Below, piece after piece: positions 47,499 to 61,292 of a stretch of 64,000 nucleotides of DNA. The DNA comes from Balanoglossus misakiensis (lineage: Eukaryota > Animalia > Hemichordata). Every line of letters starts with the position of its first letter. Within the stretch, counting starts at the first letter, position 1. The notes under the pieces are model-generated. The model searched no databases, was not told the DNA's origin, and saw nothing but the letters and a program-made list of their open reading frames with translations. The translations under genes and the position numbers were made by a program. The stretch is from assembly GCA_040954595.2 (NCBI GenBank), contig CM082590.2, positions 9,177,764 through 9,241,763 of the forward strand, in the 5' to 3' direction.

Positions 47499-50400
47499 TC
47501 TCTCTCCATAAATATTTAGATTTTTTCAGTAGTCAATTCAAAGCTCTCTCCATCTCTGCCTCTGCCTCTCTCCCCTCCCCTCCCCCCCCCCCATGTTGTT
47601 AGTGTCCAGTGTCTGTGGATATATGTCTGATACTGGTTGATTGGTATAACATCACCAACCAAATAACAAACATATCACACAGCCACTGACATTGCAATAC
47701 TAAGAAGTTGCAGACGCCATAAACACCTGTAAAGAAGAAACCAATGAAACTGTTGCACCCACTTAAGACCACAACTTATGGTATCTCCCTTGGCATTTAA
47801 ATACCTTGTTGGATCAAACCAAAGGTAACTAGGGATGGGCAGGTGTATTCTGCATGTGTACACTTACTCTGAACTTTGTTTGCTCTCTCGGTCGGAGCTG
47901 TTGCAGCTTCCTAGCCGCAGCTTCGATTGATGACGCAGCTGACAAGAGTTCGTTTTCAGCAATGATGTTTGGATCTTCAGGGTCTACCCAATCAGAGCCT
48001 AGATTTTATAATGAAGTTGAAAAATATGCATACATTATGTAGATGTCTTGATGCAACGCAAATAAATGTAATAGCATATGAATGAATGAATGAATGAATG
48101 AATGAATGAATGAATGAATGAATAAACGAGTTTATGTATACATGGACTGTGTAAATGAGCTTGTAGTATGTTGTGTGCGTACAAATGTAATTGAATGGAT
48201 GAATGAATGAATGAATGAATTAATTAATGAATGAATGTGTGTGTGTGTGTGTGTGATCAGAGAATAAAAAGAGAAAAAGCAATTCTCACCTTTCAGAGCC
48301 TCAGCACACTGTACCAGCTCACCCACAGATGTTGCCACCCTCTTGGAGTATACAACCAGTCTCTGCTTGGACTCCAGACTTGGTTTCTGAATGGTCTGTA
48401 GATACAAATATCACGTACATACACCACAAATATATAGTTATTTGCGAAATGTTGCTTTGTAAGAATAAGTGATTCATGTGTAAGATATTGGATGAGCAAA
48501 TGATTAACATGAGACTTACCGACTGTACGTGGTCTAGGAGATCCTTGAAACCAAACACACACTCTTTCCCGACAACGAGGGTGCGGTCTCGTAGTTCTGC
48601 ACTCTCAGCACCGGCTGCTGCACCCTGGGATAGGTAACACAAATGAAACCATCAGTCTGACATCACATAGACATTTGAAATTGCATTTCTGAAAACAATA
48701 TGCTTGTAATACATTGTAATACACTGTACATCATGACAAACAGTGCATTGGTACTTTTTATTACATTTCCAAGTATCTTTGATATAACAGGGTCTCCCTG
48801 AACAGTGAAAATAATGCTGATGATGTGTTTATAAACAGAAGAGTAACACATGTGCTGTTGAGGCGACACTCCCCTTTTACGAGAGGCAATATCTATATTT
48901 TGGTATTTTTTCCCTCAAATTTCAGAGAACTTACCTTCACAACAATAATAAGCTCAGCAATGGCTTTGCGTCCCATATTGGCCGTTGCTATGACATCGTC
49001 TTGCCGACACGAATTACCTGCAGCAACAGCTTTCGCAGTTGCCAAGGTAACCGGTTTGGTGGCTCTGATGAGGTCTTCAGCTGTGGCTGTTCTGCCCGGT
49101 ACTCCCTCAGAGTCGAAGGCCTGTCACAAGAAAATAAAAACACAAGACTTTGAATTCTACTGTAACTTCTCTTTTAATTTTAATAAGAACTAGTGTTTGA
49201 GAATACAACACTGACCGTCTCGATCTCGACAATCTACAATGCATTAAACATATTCATTTCTACTGAAAAAAGCTCTAGTTGCAAGATTTCATTCCATTTC
49301 AATCTGATTCAAACTGGTTCAATCCGGTTTGCGGCACCTTCCGTTCACTTTTACTGCTCAAACTGCCTGACAAATATGTCCACTTTGCACCAGTTTTAAC
49401 CACATTTCCTCATGGGTAAAGTGTCATCCATGAGCCATGAAATTGACAGAACAACTCAAACAAGATACAAAGACAAACAAACACAAATTTTGTCAGTTTC
49501 TATTAAACATTTCCCTCACCCTAGCATCCTGTCCGATAACTTCAATGGTGGATTCCAAAGCACGAGTTCCTCTCGCTGCTTCATCTTCCACTGTCTTCAC
49601 GGTCTTCAGCAAAGATGTCACGTTTGTCACCATCACCTGCAAAAAGTCATTTGTTTTACAATGTTAGGATCTTGAAATACTTTCCTTATAATCTAGAACA
49701 CGTCTATGAACACCCATCATATACATGACCACTGAAATGACATCTCGTTTATTCACCACATCATCTATGCAAATCCAACTTGTTCATAAAGGGCAAAATG
49801 TACCAACTCGTGAAAAATACTATAGAACACTGAAAGAAGAAAAAAGATTAGAAGTCGACATAAAGGACAAATAACTGACAACTACTTAGAGTTGAAGTTA
49901 GAGTTTTAGGAGGAAAGTTCGTTAGTGTCCACAAGGTGATTCTGCACTGAAATTTATCACTTTGAAATCAAACTTATTTTTCTATAAATGGTCTTTCAAA
50001 TGAGTTTGACAGAATCACATGGCAGACACACCAAAGGGACACACTGATGGCAGCTTCTGGACAGTAGAGGGCACTGTTATTCTAAGAGGGAACTGTTTAG
50101 CTATACGGTAAAACCTGTCTAGACCGAAAACAAAATTGACTGAAGAAATTGTTCAGTTTGCAGAGGTGTCTGGTTTTTGAGGTTCTTGGAACATGGTTCT
50201 ATGTCAAAGGGATCAGAAAGGTGTTCAGTATAGGTTTCCAGATTAGACAGGGTTCGGTTTAGACGGGTTTGACTGTACATCTATCTATCTATCTACCTTG
50301 GCCGAATTTTTCAATCTAATCATGGCAGGATCGTTAACAGGTTTTCCAGCCGCCATCTTGGTTGTTGTGATAAGTTCACCCAGTGCTGAGGCTACGTCCT

Positions 50401-53400
50401 TGACTGCGTTAATCAACAGCACCTGTTAGTGTGACAAGATAATTCGGTTAACGAGGTGATCTACATAATGAGAGAATGTGTACGTGGCGTTTGGCCTTGT
50501 CAGATGGTACAACATGGGTCTGAAGTTTGTAGTTGGGAGGGGAGGGGGGAGGGTAGGGGCCACACGACCACAAATTAGATTTTGTAAGAATGGCAACGTT
50601 CCATGCATCACACACCATGCAGTGCATTCTTTCTGGTAGATGGGTTGAATGAATCCACCCTCCCTCTCCCTGTAACCCCCAGCCACCTCCTCTGAGAACC
50701 CCTCACCCAACTTCAAAGGACACATCTTACCTGCATCTGTGTTACATGCACATCATATCATTGCCACAAAAATGTTTTTAAAAAACTTGGCACAAAATGT
50801 GGCAATCCCTTTATCACATACGCAAAATACCTCACAACAGCTCTGGTCACTTTTAAGCACAAAGTTCGAATATCATACATCTTTGCGAATTAAACATTAC
50901 TATGATTAGCTGACTTAGTCTTACAGCCAAAAAAAGCATGAATGTTGAAGATTATGTTTGCTACTTGCACAGAAAATATCTTGCGATATAAAAAGCACTG
51001 CATCATTCCTGATAGTATTGTAGCTGATAAAATGACATCAGAAGTTAACCATTCTTTTTGCCACTTTGCCAGGCTATTAATTTTTATTTTTTGCAATATT
51101 ACTGATCATTAACCAACACAGCTGCAGCCAATACAAGCAGCAACTATACTGCAGTAACCAACACTGACCTGCGCTTCTGGGCCTTCACCACCCAGACTTG
51201 CAGCACCAAGCTTGACGACGTCGGCCAATCGAGTGATGGTGCAGACGGCAGACTGTGCTGCAGCAGCCAGTTGTTCTTGGCTGGACGCAGCGCCCGACAC
51301 CAGTGTCTTGGTGTCTTCCACCAGAGCCTTGGCTGTCTTCAAGATGTGTTCTCTACAAGGGAAATATCAGATGTTACAATACAATACATGCACAGTGTCA
51401 ACAAGCATATACTGGACATGATGTCAGCCTAGCAATATTACGAGTGATTCTGATACTAGAAGATTTTCAGGATTCACCCTGTCAAAGCCATTACAATATC
51501 AGACTTTCAGGAAGTTTCTCTGGTGAACTTCAAGGACTAAACAAGCATTTATAAGCATCACCAGAAAAGATCTCTTACCTGTGATTGGCAAATGTTTCTC
51601 CATCAGTCTCGCTGTGCAGAGTGCCAGCAGTTGCAAACATGATGGTGGTGTCCAAGTCACCAATGATACCAGAAACTGTACTGGCTGCATTGATGCAGGC
51701 TTGGGTGCCTCGAGATCCTGACTGCAGAGCTGCCAATACATATGATGACTGAGAAAAAAAAGACAAAATATTGAACCATCATTTTTTGGGGGGGATAGAT
51801 AACTTTTCAACTGAAGCTTTGCTAAATACTACAGGTGACAATTTGGACACATAGTATGGTTAACATTTTGTTTGTCTTTTGTGTTGTTGTCAGTGAACCA
51901 AAACTAAATAAACACTTTCACGTCAACACAATTCAGACAGCTGGCATCCTTTCTGTTATACAGATCATCCTCAAAGTTGAGGATACATCATTGAAACCAT
52001 GAAAGCACACTCTGGTACTCCAGAATGGACCAAAACTTACGTGGGGATATACTTACTTTTTCAGAGACAACCCTGGCACTGTCTACAAGTTCCCTCTTGG
52101 CCATACCGTCAGTTGGATTGCCTTGCAACACACCACCGTATCTAACCAAGTCGATGCAAGATTTTCCGAGATCCTGAACCGAGACTTTGATACGATCAGT
52201 CACCTGTCAACAAAACATACAAAGTTTAGAATGTGAGATCATTTACACAAAAGGGACGAAATTGTTAACTTCTGATATTTTGTCAAGCATTATTCACCCC
52301 CATGAGTGACTCATCAATCATCCTCAACAACATCACATGACTGTCACATAACTCCCACATGCTGCCCACATGATTACCTCATCACTGTTACTGGTAGCCA
52401 TGGCGCCACGTGCATTGATGGCAAGGTCGTTGTAGTCGCGAGCAATGGCATTTCCCAGAGTTCCAAGTTCACCGACATTAGTGTTGGCCTTTGTCACAAT
52501 GTCATGGGTTGTTATGACGATAGCACGCGAACTCTTCACCATCTTTGTTTGGTAGTCAACAAAACCGTCTAGTTCATCATCAGCTGGATCATCAGTCTAA
52601 AAGTAGAGAAAAATTTATTTAAATATAAGAATATCATTGACATGTTATCAGCAACCATGCATTTTTTTTACTCTAGTATGCGTTACTCCATTGCAATTCA
52701 TTTTCACTTTGCTACACATAGCAAACTACACTACTTCAAACATGCACTGATCACTCACAGTGCATGCTCTTATCATGTGTCTGTCACATGTTCACTCACC
52801 CTGGACAGAGCCCTGGAAATGCTGTCCACCATACCAGTGACGAAGCCAAACTCACTGGCCGACTCCTCAAGGGTCTTGTTCAGATCTTCCAAAGCTTCCT
52901 TCATGCCATCAGCAGCCTCATCAATTGCAGAGTGGGTGTGTGTGTTCTGATGATACAAGAGATCAAATCAACATCTTGAGAAACTTGCTCTATACATCAC
53001 CCATCCCTACAATTTTGACTACACGATTATACATTAAAACCTGTCTAAACCGAACGCCAAAGGGACTGAAGAAAATGTTCGGTTTGCAGATGTGTACGGT
53101 TTGAGGTTCTTTACATGTGGTTCCGTGTCAAAGGGACAAGAATAGGTGTTTGGCTTTCAGTATTTTGAGGGGAAAAATATCAAATAGTAAAAGATTTCTA
53201 CCTTTGGATTTCCACCACCTTCTTTAGCAGCATACATCAACTGTAGAGCAGATTCTGCCACTGTCTTGGTCAAGTCCAGGATGTTGGATTGCTGTTGTGA
53301 ATTGACTGTCTTTGAGGCGACCCCAATGGCACTGTTAGCCAATGGGAGGAAGTAGTTTGCCATATTGGCCACCTAAGTCAGTGAAATGAAATCACAGTAG

Positions 53401-54352
53401 TTAGTGCTTGGTAGTTGTATGCTGTTAATTCTTGAACAATTCGCAGAGTTTATGAATCAAACAGAAAACACTAGAGCCTCCAAACAAGCTAGAACAGTCA
53501 GATGCCCCTAGCTCCCCCTTCTCTTTGTCTCTCTCTCTCTCTCTCCCCCCTCTCTTTCTCTCACTCCATCTCTCTTTCATAACCTCTCTCTCTCTCTGTC
53601 TGCCTGTCTCTCTCTCTCTGTCTGCCTGTCTCTCTCTCTGTCTGCCTGTCTCTCTCTGTCTGTCTGCCTGTCTCTCTCTGTCTGTCTGCCTATCTCTCTC
53701 TGTCTGTCTGCCTGTCTCTCTCTCTCTCTGTCTGCCTGTCTCTCTCTCTCTGTCTGCCTGTCTCTCTCTGTCTGTCTGCCTGTCTCTCTCTCTCTCTGTC
53801 TGCCTGTCTCTCTCTGTCTGTCTGCATGTCTCTCTCTCTCTCTGTCTGCCTGTCTCTCTCTGTCTGTCTGCCTGTCTCTCTCTCTCTCTGTCTGCCTGTC
53901 TCTCTCTCTGTCTGCCTGTCTCTCTCTGTCTGTCTGCCTGTCTCTCTCTGTCTGTCTGCCTGTCTCTCTCTGTCTGTCTGCCTGTCTCTCTCTCTCTCTG
54001 TCTGCCTGTCCCTCTCTCTCTCTGTCTGCCTGTCTCTCTCTCTCTGTCTGCCTGTCTCTCTCTCTGTCTGTCTGCCTGTCTCTCTCCGTCTGTCTGCCTG
54101 TCTCTCTCTGTCTGTCTGCCTGTCTCTCTCTGTCTGTCTGCCTGTCTCTCTCTCTCTCTGTCTGCCTGTCTCTCTCTCTCTCTGTCTGCCTGTCTCTCTC
54201 TCTCTGTCTGCCTGTCTCTCTCTCTCTGTCTGCCTGTCTCTCTCTCTCTGTCTGCCTGTCTCTCTCTCTCTCTGTCTGCCTGTCTCTCTCTGTCTGTCTG
54301 CCTGTCTCTCTCTGTCTGTCTGCCTGTCTCTCTCTCTCTCTGTCTGCCTGTC

Positions 54353-54385
<33 letters not shown>

Positions 54386-57341
54386 CTGTCTGCCTGTCTC
54401 TCTCTCTCTGTCTGCCTGTCTCTCTCTCTCTGTCTGCCTGTCTCTCTCTCTCTCTCTCTGTCTGCCTGTCTCTCTCTCTCTGTCTGCCTGTCTCTCTCTC
54501 TCTCTGTCTGCCTGTCTCTCTCTGTCTGTCTGCATGTCTCTCTCTGTCTGTCTGCCTGTCTCTCTCTGTCTGTCTGCCTGTCTCTCTCTCTCTCTGTCTG
54601 CCTGTCTCTCTCTCTCTCTGTCTGCCTGTCTCTCTCTCTCTCTCTCTCTCTGTCTGCCTGTCTCTCTCTCTCTCTGTCTGCCTGTCTCTCTCTGTCTGTC
54701 TGCATGTCTCTCTCTCTCTCTGTCTGCCTGTCTCTCTCTCTCTGTCTGCCTGTCTCTCTCTCTCTCTGTCTGCCTGTCTCTCTCTCTCTGTCTGCCTGTC
54801 TCTCTCTGTCTGTCTGCCTGTCTCTCTCTGTCTGTCTGCCTGTCTCTCTCTGTCTGTCTGCCTGTCTCTCTCTGTCTGTCTGCCTGTCTCTCTCTCTCTC
54901 TCTGTCTGCCTGTCTGTCTCTCTCTCTCTCTCTGTCTGCCTGTCTCTCTCTCTCTGTCTGCCTGTCTCTCTCTGTCTGTCTGCCTGTCTCTCTCTGTCTG
55001 TCTGCATGTCTCTCTCTCTCTCTGTCTGCCTGTCTCTCTCTCTCTATCTGCCTGTCTCTCTCTCTCTCTCTCTGTCTGCCTCTCTCTCTCTCTCTCTGTC
55101 TGCCTGTCTCTCTCTGTCTGTCTGCATGTCTCTCTCTGTCTGTCTGCCTGCCTGTCTCTCTCTCTCTGTCTGCCTGTCTCTCTCTCTCTGTCTGCCTGTC
55201 TCTCTCTCTCTCTGTCTGCCTGTCTCTCTGTCTGTCTGCCTGTCTCTCTCTGTCTGTCTGCCTGTCTCTCTCTGTCTGTCTGCCTGTCTCTCTCTCTCTC
55301 TGTCTGCCTGTCTCTCTCTCTCTGTCTGCCTGTCTCTCTCTCTCTCTGTCTGCCTGTCTCTCTCTCTCTGTCTGCCTGTCTCTCTCTCTCTCTGTCTGCC
55401 TGTCTCTCTCTCTCTGTCTGCCTGCCTGTCTCTCTCTGTCTGCCTGTCTCTCTCTCTGTCTGCCTGTCTCTCTCTGTCTGTCTGCCTGTCTCTCTCTGTC
55501 TGTCTGCCTGTCTCTCTCTCTCTCTCTGTCTGCCTGTCTCTCTCTCTGTCTGCCTGTCTCTCTCTCTCTCTGTCTGCCTGTCTCTCTCTCTGTCTGTCTG
55601 CCTGTCTCTCTCTGTCTGTCTGCCTGTCTCTCTGTCTGTCTGTCTGCCTGTCTCTCTCTGTCTGTCTGCCTGTCTCTCTCTCTCTCTGTCTGCCTGTCTC
55701 TCTCTCTCTGTCTGCCTGTCTCTCTCTCTGTCTGCCTGTCTCTCTCTGTCTGCCTGTCTCTCTCTCTCTCTGTCTGCCTGTCTCTCTCTCTCTGTCTGCC
55801 TGTCTCTCTCTCTGTCTGCCTGTCTCTCTCTCTCTGTCTGCCTGTCTCTCTCTCTCTGTCTGCCTGTCTCTCTCTCTCTGTCTGCCTGTCTCTCTCTCTC
55901 TGTCTGCCTGTCTCTCTCTCTCTGTCTGCCTGTCTCTCTCTCTCTGTCTGCCTGTCTCTCTCTCTCTGTCTGCCTGTCTCTCTCTCTCTCTGTCTGCCTG
56001 TCTCTCTCTCTCTGTCTGCCTCTCTCTCTCTCTCTCTGTCTGCCTGTCTCTCTCTCTCTGTCTGCCTGTCTCTCTCTGTCTGTCTGCCTGTCTCTCTCTC
56101 TCTGTCTGCCTGTCTCTCTCTCTCTCTCTGTCTGCCTGTCTCTCTCTCTCTCTGTCTGCCTGTCTCTCTCTCTGTCTGCCTGCCTGTCTCTCTCTCTCTC
56201 TGTCTGCCTGTCTCTCTCTCTGTCTGCCTGTCTCTCTCTGTCTGCCTGCCTGTCTCTCTCTGTCTGTCTGCCTGTCTCTCTCTCTCTCTGTCTGCCTGTC
56301 TCTCTCTCTCTCTCTGTCTGCCTGTCTCTCTCTCTGTCTGCCTGTCTCTCTCTCTCTCTGTCTGCCTGTCTCTCTCTCTCTCTCTGTCTGCCTGTCTCTC
56401 TCTCTCTCTGTCTGCCTGTCTCTCTCTGTCTGTCTGCCTGTCTCTCTCTCTCTGTCTGCCTGTCTCTCTCTCTCTGTCTGCCTGTCTCTCTCTCTCTCTG
56501 TCTGCCTGTCTCTCTCTCTCTGTCTGCCTGTCTCTCTCTCTGTCTGCCTGTCTCTCTCTCTCTCTGTCTGCCTGTCTCTCTCTCTCTGTCTGCCTGTCTC
56601 TCTCTCTCTGTCTGCCTGTCTCTCTCTCTCTGTCTGCCTGTCTCTCTCTCTCTGTCTGCCTGTCTCTCTCTCTCTGCCTGCCTGTCTCTCTCTCTCTGCC
56701 TGCCTGTCTCTCTCTCTCTGCCTGCCTGTCTCTCTCTCTCTGTCTGCCTGTCTCTCTCTCTCTGTCTGCCTGTCTCTCTCTCTCTCTGTCTGCCTGTCTC
56801 TCTCTCTCTGTCTGCCTGTCTCTCTCTCTCTGTCTGCCTGTCTCTCTCTCTGTCTGCCTGTCTCTCTCTCTGTCTGCCTGTCTCTCTCTCTCTGTCTGCC
56901 TGTCTCTCTCTCTGTCTGCCTGTCTCTCTCTCTCTGTCTGCCTGTCTCTCTCTCTCTCTGTCTGCCTGTCTCTCTCTCTCTGTCTGCCTGTCTCTCTCTC
57001 TCTGTCTGCCTGTCTCTCTCTCTCTCTCTCTGTCTGCCTGTCTCTCTCTCTCTCTGTCTGCCTGTCTCTCTCTGTCTGTCTGCCTGTCTCTCTCTGTCTG
57101 TCTGCCTGCCTGTCTCTCTCTCTCTCTGTCTGCCTGTCTCTCTCTCTCTGTCTGCCTGTCTCTCTCTCTCTCTGTCTGCCTGTCTCTCTCTCTCTGTCTG
57201 CCTGTCTCTCTCTCTCTCTCTGTCTGCCTGTCTCTCTCTCTCTGTCTGCCTGTCTCTCTCTCTCTCTGTCTGCCTGTCTCTCTCTGTCTGTCTGCATGTC
57301 TCTCTCTGTCTGTCTGCCTGACTCTCTCTCTGTCTCACTCA

Positions 57342-57385
<44 letters not shown>

Positions 57386-60300
57386 CTTGTAGTTACATGT
57401 AAGAGGTAAAAAAGTGACAAGATCAAACAAGGATCTCACCTGGTGGCCAAGTTGTTCCGGATGACCCTTAGCAGCCTGCGATGTTCGATCCACAGTCTCT
57501 CCGATCAATCCGGCGCTGTTCGACAACTGTTCCTGGAATCCTTGCATGTTGCTCTCTTGTCTGGGCATCAACTGTTGGCTGACGGCTGCCAGCGAAGCCT
57601 GGTCCAAATCTTTGATGACACCGTTGATGGTATCTATGGCGTCATCGCATTCCTTCTGACCTGGCGCTTTGTCTCTGTGAGAAGAAACAATATGATGGTC
57701 ACCCCCTGAATATTTACCATCTGGACACACTAAATCCACCTGTTAGGGCTATGATTACGATAAGTCTCTGGTGAGAGAATATTCAGGGGGGAACTGTCCT
57801 AGAACCAACAACTGGCATATTGTTGCTGACACATTCCAATTTATTGTGATATCAGAAATGTTAAATGCAGGATTGGCAATAATTTTGCATACCAGTAGAA
57901 AGTTTATAAACTTTAATAGAATTCTGTAGGCTATAGAATTCCATAGATGTCTATAGAAAGGCTATCACATTATTCCAGCATGATCATCACATGATGAGTG
58001 CATGGCTATCACATGATCACTACATGATCCCACCCCAACTCACCTAATGGCAGACACCAGTCTCTTGATGGAGTCCGACACGTTCTTAGAGTGACTGGCA
58101 AGCAGTTGCCATGTCGACGGTTCTTTCGGATTGGAAATCAAAGGCTTGGCAGTTTGCAACAAAGCGGAGGAGCTCTCAATGACGGCTTTGCCAGCAACGA
58201 TGATGGGTTCCTGGGATTTTTTGGCCTGGAAATAAACACAAGTCAGAATATCTCCCTTTAACTTTCAGGCTTTTGGTTCATCTGTGGCTCTTGCACCCCC
58301 CACACACACGCACAAAAGCCTATGCAGTATTTGAGAAAGTATATGCACATTTTCAACTAACACATTTCACAGTTATTTGGAGAACCTTTTTCATGGTATT
58401 TGAAACCTACTGGGGTCCTCATAAGTGATATCTTTGTCACACTTACATCTTACATCACTGTTAAAACTTTACCGTCACGACTAAACACAGTATATCTTGG
58501 TTTCGTGATTCTGACTTGTTGCATGAAATTCAAGGTATACGCCCTCATTTTGAGTAAGCCGACCCAACACTCCATTGAGAACTGTACGAGTCAGATCATA
58601 CCATTTACAGAGAGAGGGAAGACTCACCTGAACACTGATCTTGGCAGGGATGCTGGCAAACTCGGGCGACGAGGCAAAAGTACACAAGTTGTCAACGGCA
58701 TCCAACAATGGTTTGGTGGCAGCGGCACATTTCTGGCGGTTCTCATCACTGAAGTTGCCGTCCAAGGCCTGAAATGAGAAATGGTGAAAATATTTGCGAT
58801 CATACACATCCATATTCTTAAGTTTATAAATTAAACAGACCTTGGTATTTCAGGACCGACATTTTCAAATATCGCACTTCTGGTGTACAGTGACCATAGA
58901 TCACTTCCTCGATAGAATAACGCAGGGGGTTGTGGGACAGTTTGCGTTCTGTGTGCGTGTGTAAGCCATGTACTAGCCGCCATGTTGAACGCAAATTATA
59001 CCATCATGCATTGCAGATACCCTATCCGCGAACTGGTCTATAGCGCTTCTGCGAGATTCGCAATTGATGTATTGTTCACTGCAATGATTGGCAGCTGCTT
59101 AATGAATATGCATGAGTGGGAGGAGCTTACCTTGATACTCTTCACCAGATTGGCTGTGCTGTTGGCAACATCTTTGGCGGACTGAACGAAATGTTTCTTG
59201 GCGACCGGGTTACTAGTTCTGGAGGAGGCGATCCTGCAGGCGTTGCACAAAGCTGAGGTGTGCTTGGCAACTATTGTGGCGGCCGACAAAACCTGGAGTG
59301 AAAAAGAAATTATTGACAATCTGAGGTGTTGTCCACAAAGTAAAAAGGCACAAATGTTCATAAAATGCAAACCTACAAACTTTAAATCAAACACCTTTAT
59401 CTAAATTCACAATTGTCACCAACAAAGATTACTTGCTGAATTCACCACTGTATGAAAGAAAGTCTGAAAGAAATATTCAAAACCAACGTAACAATTCCCA
59501 AACTAATTGTTGGCAATCATACAACCTTTTTCCATACATATAATTTGATTGATCATATGATCACAACCTGAGAGTTAATGAGAATCATTAGCCAATCAGA
59601 AAGGCTGTACCATCTTACCTGCTGTTGGTTACTGTTCGGATTGAGTAAGTTCTGACAAGCCATCTGAATGGCCTGATTGGCCCTGGCAAACTGGGATTGG
59701 TCAACCAATCCTGGTTTGCCAGCAACGCTAGATGGATCAGAGATACCAACCAAATACGCACTCTGCAGGAAAAAATACAAGCCAGGCAGAAAACTTTTAG
59801 CTTTCAAATTTTAGTTGTCTTATTTAGGGACATACATTGAACCTAGATAAGAAGAATTTCCTGTTTGTCTATTCTCAGTTATCACATCCAAAGTAAATTC
59901 TTATTTAATGGTAGTGGACAAATCAAAGAACTTACAATGCACTGTGGGTAAAACGCTGACCGAAAAATGGCATTTCATAGCTGGTGTTCGGGGAACTGAA
60001 TGATTTCAGTATCACAATCTAGGAGGCAAAGTTGTTTCCACTGAAACGAGTGGAACTGGTACACAAGGCAATTGGGGTTGATCAGGCCAAACTTTTCATT
60101 ATTTGTAAGATGTTTTGAACAGACGAGCATGATGTCCTACCTGGGCTGCAGCTTCTGTGAGACCACACACAGCATCTCCGGCGTCGGAAACATTCGCACC
60201 AAACTTGTCCACTTCTCCATTCTTGGCGTGCTGTGTCATCCCGGCCATACTCTCACCCAGAACCTACAAAGCAACAACACAGTATATATCATTGTACCCT

Positions 60301-61292
60301 CACAGCTAATATGATGTACCAAACTCTCTATCGTATCCACTGAGTGGACAGTGGAAGGACAATCTTCCAACTATGAGAGTAAAGAGACAAGCACAACCCC
60401 AAACAAACACATTAAAAATCACAAGACTGTACCTTTGACTTGTCCATGACATTATCCAGACAATCAAAATAGCTCCAATCGTTAATTGGTTCAGAGGTGT
60501 TGTCCAGCATTGGCTTGACTGTCTGGATGTTTCTCAGAGCGTTGTCGATCTCCTTCTGACCAGGTGCACTCTTGGTACAGGTGTTGATCAGCTGATTGAT
60601 ACTTTCAGTCACAGCTCTGAGAACGAACATGAATTATTAATCTTTGTACAACTCAAGTGATTTATGGGGGGTGAAAGGATTAATTATCAAAAGTAATGAA
60701 TTCTAACACTGAAATATGAAGTCTAACACAAGGACTATTAACTCACCTAGCAGCAGCAGCTAAATTATTCTTCACGTTCGGAGCATTTGGATCAGCAGAA
60801 AGCGATTTGACAGCGAGCAGGAGCTTGCTAGATGACATGGAGATAGTCTTCAAACTTCCCACCATCTGAGTTTGGCCTTCCGTATTCTGATAGGAGAAGT
60901 ATACAATCATTAACCTTTTGATGAATCTCTGGATTGGCCAAACAACACATGGCCAATCATGTTAAGTGGTACAAAGCAGACAATCATGCAAAGCTTGACT
61001 GTATTGTTTGGCTAGCACCCGTTGCTATGGTAATTAACCAAGTCTCGCGAGATCTCGCAATAAGTGGAAAATCATCTCTTTCTCATCTACTTACCGGAGT
61101 AGCGCCAGCCATCTGGATACCGGCATCAAGGAGGAAACGGAAGTTACTGGTGAACTGACTGGCAGTCTGGGCAAGGTGATCATGGGTTCCTCTAGATGCA
61201 GCTACTAATTCGCTGGCTGTGACGTTCAACCCAGCAGCGGCTGTGTTCAATTGGCCCTGCACTTCCTGGTAGCTGTGGGTTGGTTCTGGGAA
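45536..61292 (-). CDS. TLN: Talin, C-terminal ~1313 aa (rod from about R6 through the I/LWEQ domain and dimerisation helix). 25 exons: 61292-61095, 60886-60747, 60616-60433, 60263-60141, 59762-59619, 59292-59131, 58768-58628, 58225-58044, 57674-57440, 53372-53202, 52946-52800, 52596-52378, 52203-52057, 51748-51579, 51352-51169, 50422-50297, 49636-49520, 49120-48935, 48624-48520, 48395-48290, 47998-47868, 47254-47129, 46889-46827, 46556-46374, 45787-45536. The 5' part lies beyond the right edge.
   Basis: Motifs APGQKECDDAI, VLSAATIVAKHTSALCNACR, GSRGTQACINAASTVSGIIGDLDTTIMFATAGTL, DDGQWSLGLISA, ATNNLCEAAN and AAGNAVKRASDNLVRAAQ. Exons total 3942 nt in phase with GT-AG introns. Confidence 0.97.
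45969..46135. mobile_element. Tc1/mariner (pogo/Tigger-like) MITE, degenerate
   Basis: TA-CAGTAAAGCCTGTCTAAAC... similar to 50106-50275. Confidence 0.6.
48079..48254. repeat. (TGAA)n and (TG)n microsatellites in a talin intron
   Basis: Seen directly. Confidence 0.85.
50106..50275. mobile_element. Tc1/mariner (pogo/Tigger-like) MITE with TA TSD
   Basis: TA|CGGTAAAACCTGTCTAGACCG...CGGTTTAGACGGGTTTGACTG|TA. Confidence 0.75.
53032..53152. mobile_element. Truncated copy of the same Tigger-like MITE
   Basis: TA-CATTAAAACCTGTCTAAACCGAACGCCAAAGGGACTGAAG. Confidence 0.55.
53526..57365. repeat. ~3.85-kb compound microsatellite (TC)n-TGTCTGCCTG filling most of a 4067-bp talin intron
   Basis: Seen directly; it produces the long spurious stop-free ORFs on both strands. 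Confidence 0.97.

Noticed and set aside
53425-57426. Very long ORFs (up to 1333 aa) on both strands
   Set aside because: Artefacts of a stop-free microsatellite lying within a phase-consistent talin intron.
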